Source: Kondoa subrosea
Taxonomy: Eukaryota
Direction of reading: 5' to 3'
Length of the DNA: 64,000 bases
Assembly (NCBI GenBank): GCA_039545335.1
Contig: BCIN01000006.1
Location: 496,001 to 560,000, forward strand
Of the stretch, positions 63,832 to 64,000 are shown in pieces. The notes beneath the pieces are model-generated. The model saw only the letters and a program-made list of their open reading frames with translations. It had not been told where the DNA came from and searched no databases. Each line of letters opens with the position of its first letter. Within the stretch, counting starts at the first letter, position 1. The position numbers and the translations under genes are program-made.

Positions 63832-64000
63832 GTTTGGGTTCTTATAAGCTCTCGGAATCACAATGTAGCGGGTATTAAGGCATAACAAGGAACGAGAAAA
63901 AGTAACAAGGTCACTCGATTCAAGCTAGGACCAAGGAAAAGTGGAACTTCAACGAGCAAACAACAAAGTGCAACGAAAAAAGCGCGTGACGCGAACAATA

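Noticed and set aside
1..64000. Numerous short antisense or overlapping ORFs; tRNA, rRNA or transposase genes
   Set aside because: The short ORFs are shadows of real exons, and I recognised no RNA-gene or transposase/RT signatures by eye.

Overview
Gene-dense, intron-rich eukaryotic DNA with mostly ~50-70 nt introns and CTRAC-type branch points. It is most consistent with a basidiomycete yeast-like fungus (inference from gene structure and protein sequences). About 30 protein-coding genes are present. Housekeeping genes include a Src1/Heh-like protein, an E2 enzyme, Rad7, PDCD5, MED31, glutamyl-tRNA synthetase, a TEA factor, Pol5, MSH3 and an arrestin-domain protein. They are interleaved with lineage-specific, duplicated or decaying genes between ~25 and 48 kb. 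I recognised no rRNA, tRNA, CRISPR array or intact transposon. The most notable signals are: a secreted Cys-rich protein built from symmetric phase-1 exons with a recent 438-bp three-exon duplication; a pyruvyltransferase next to an LtaS-like enzyme (possible anionic glycan decoration pair); an inverted methyltransferase duplication bracketing MED31 and GluRS; a double-GNAT gene whose second domain appears to have intronised its acetyl-CoA motif; GT/GC donor switches between paralogues; and clustered TEA and MCB/SCB sites upstream of the TEA gene. Exon boundaries were read by eye and are approximate, and family calls come from motif recognition, not database searches.
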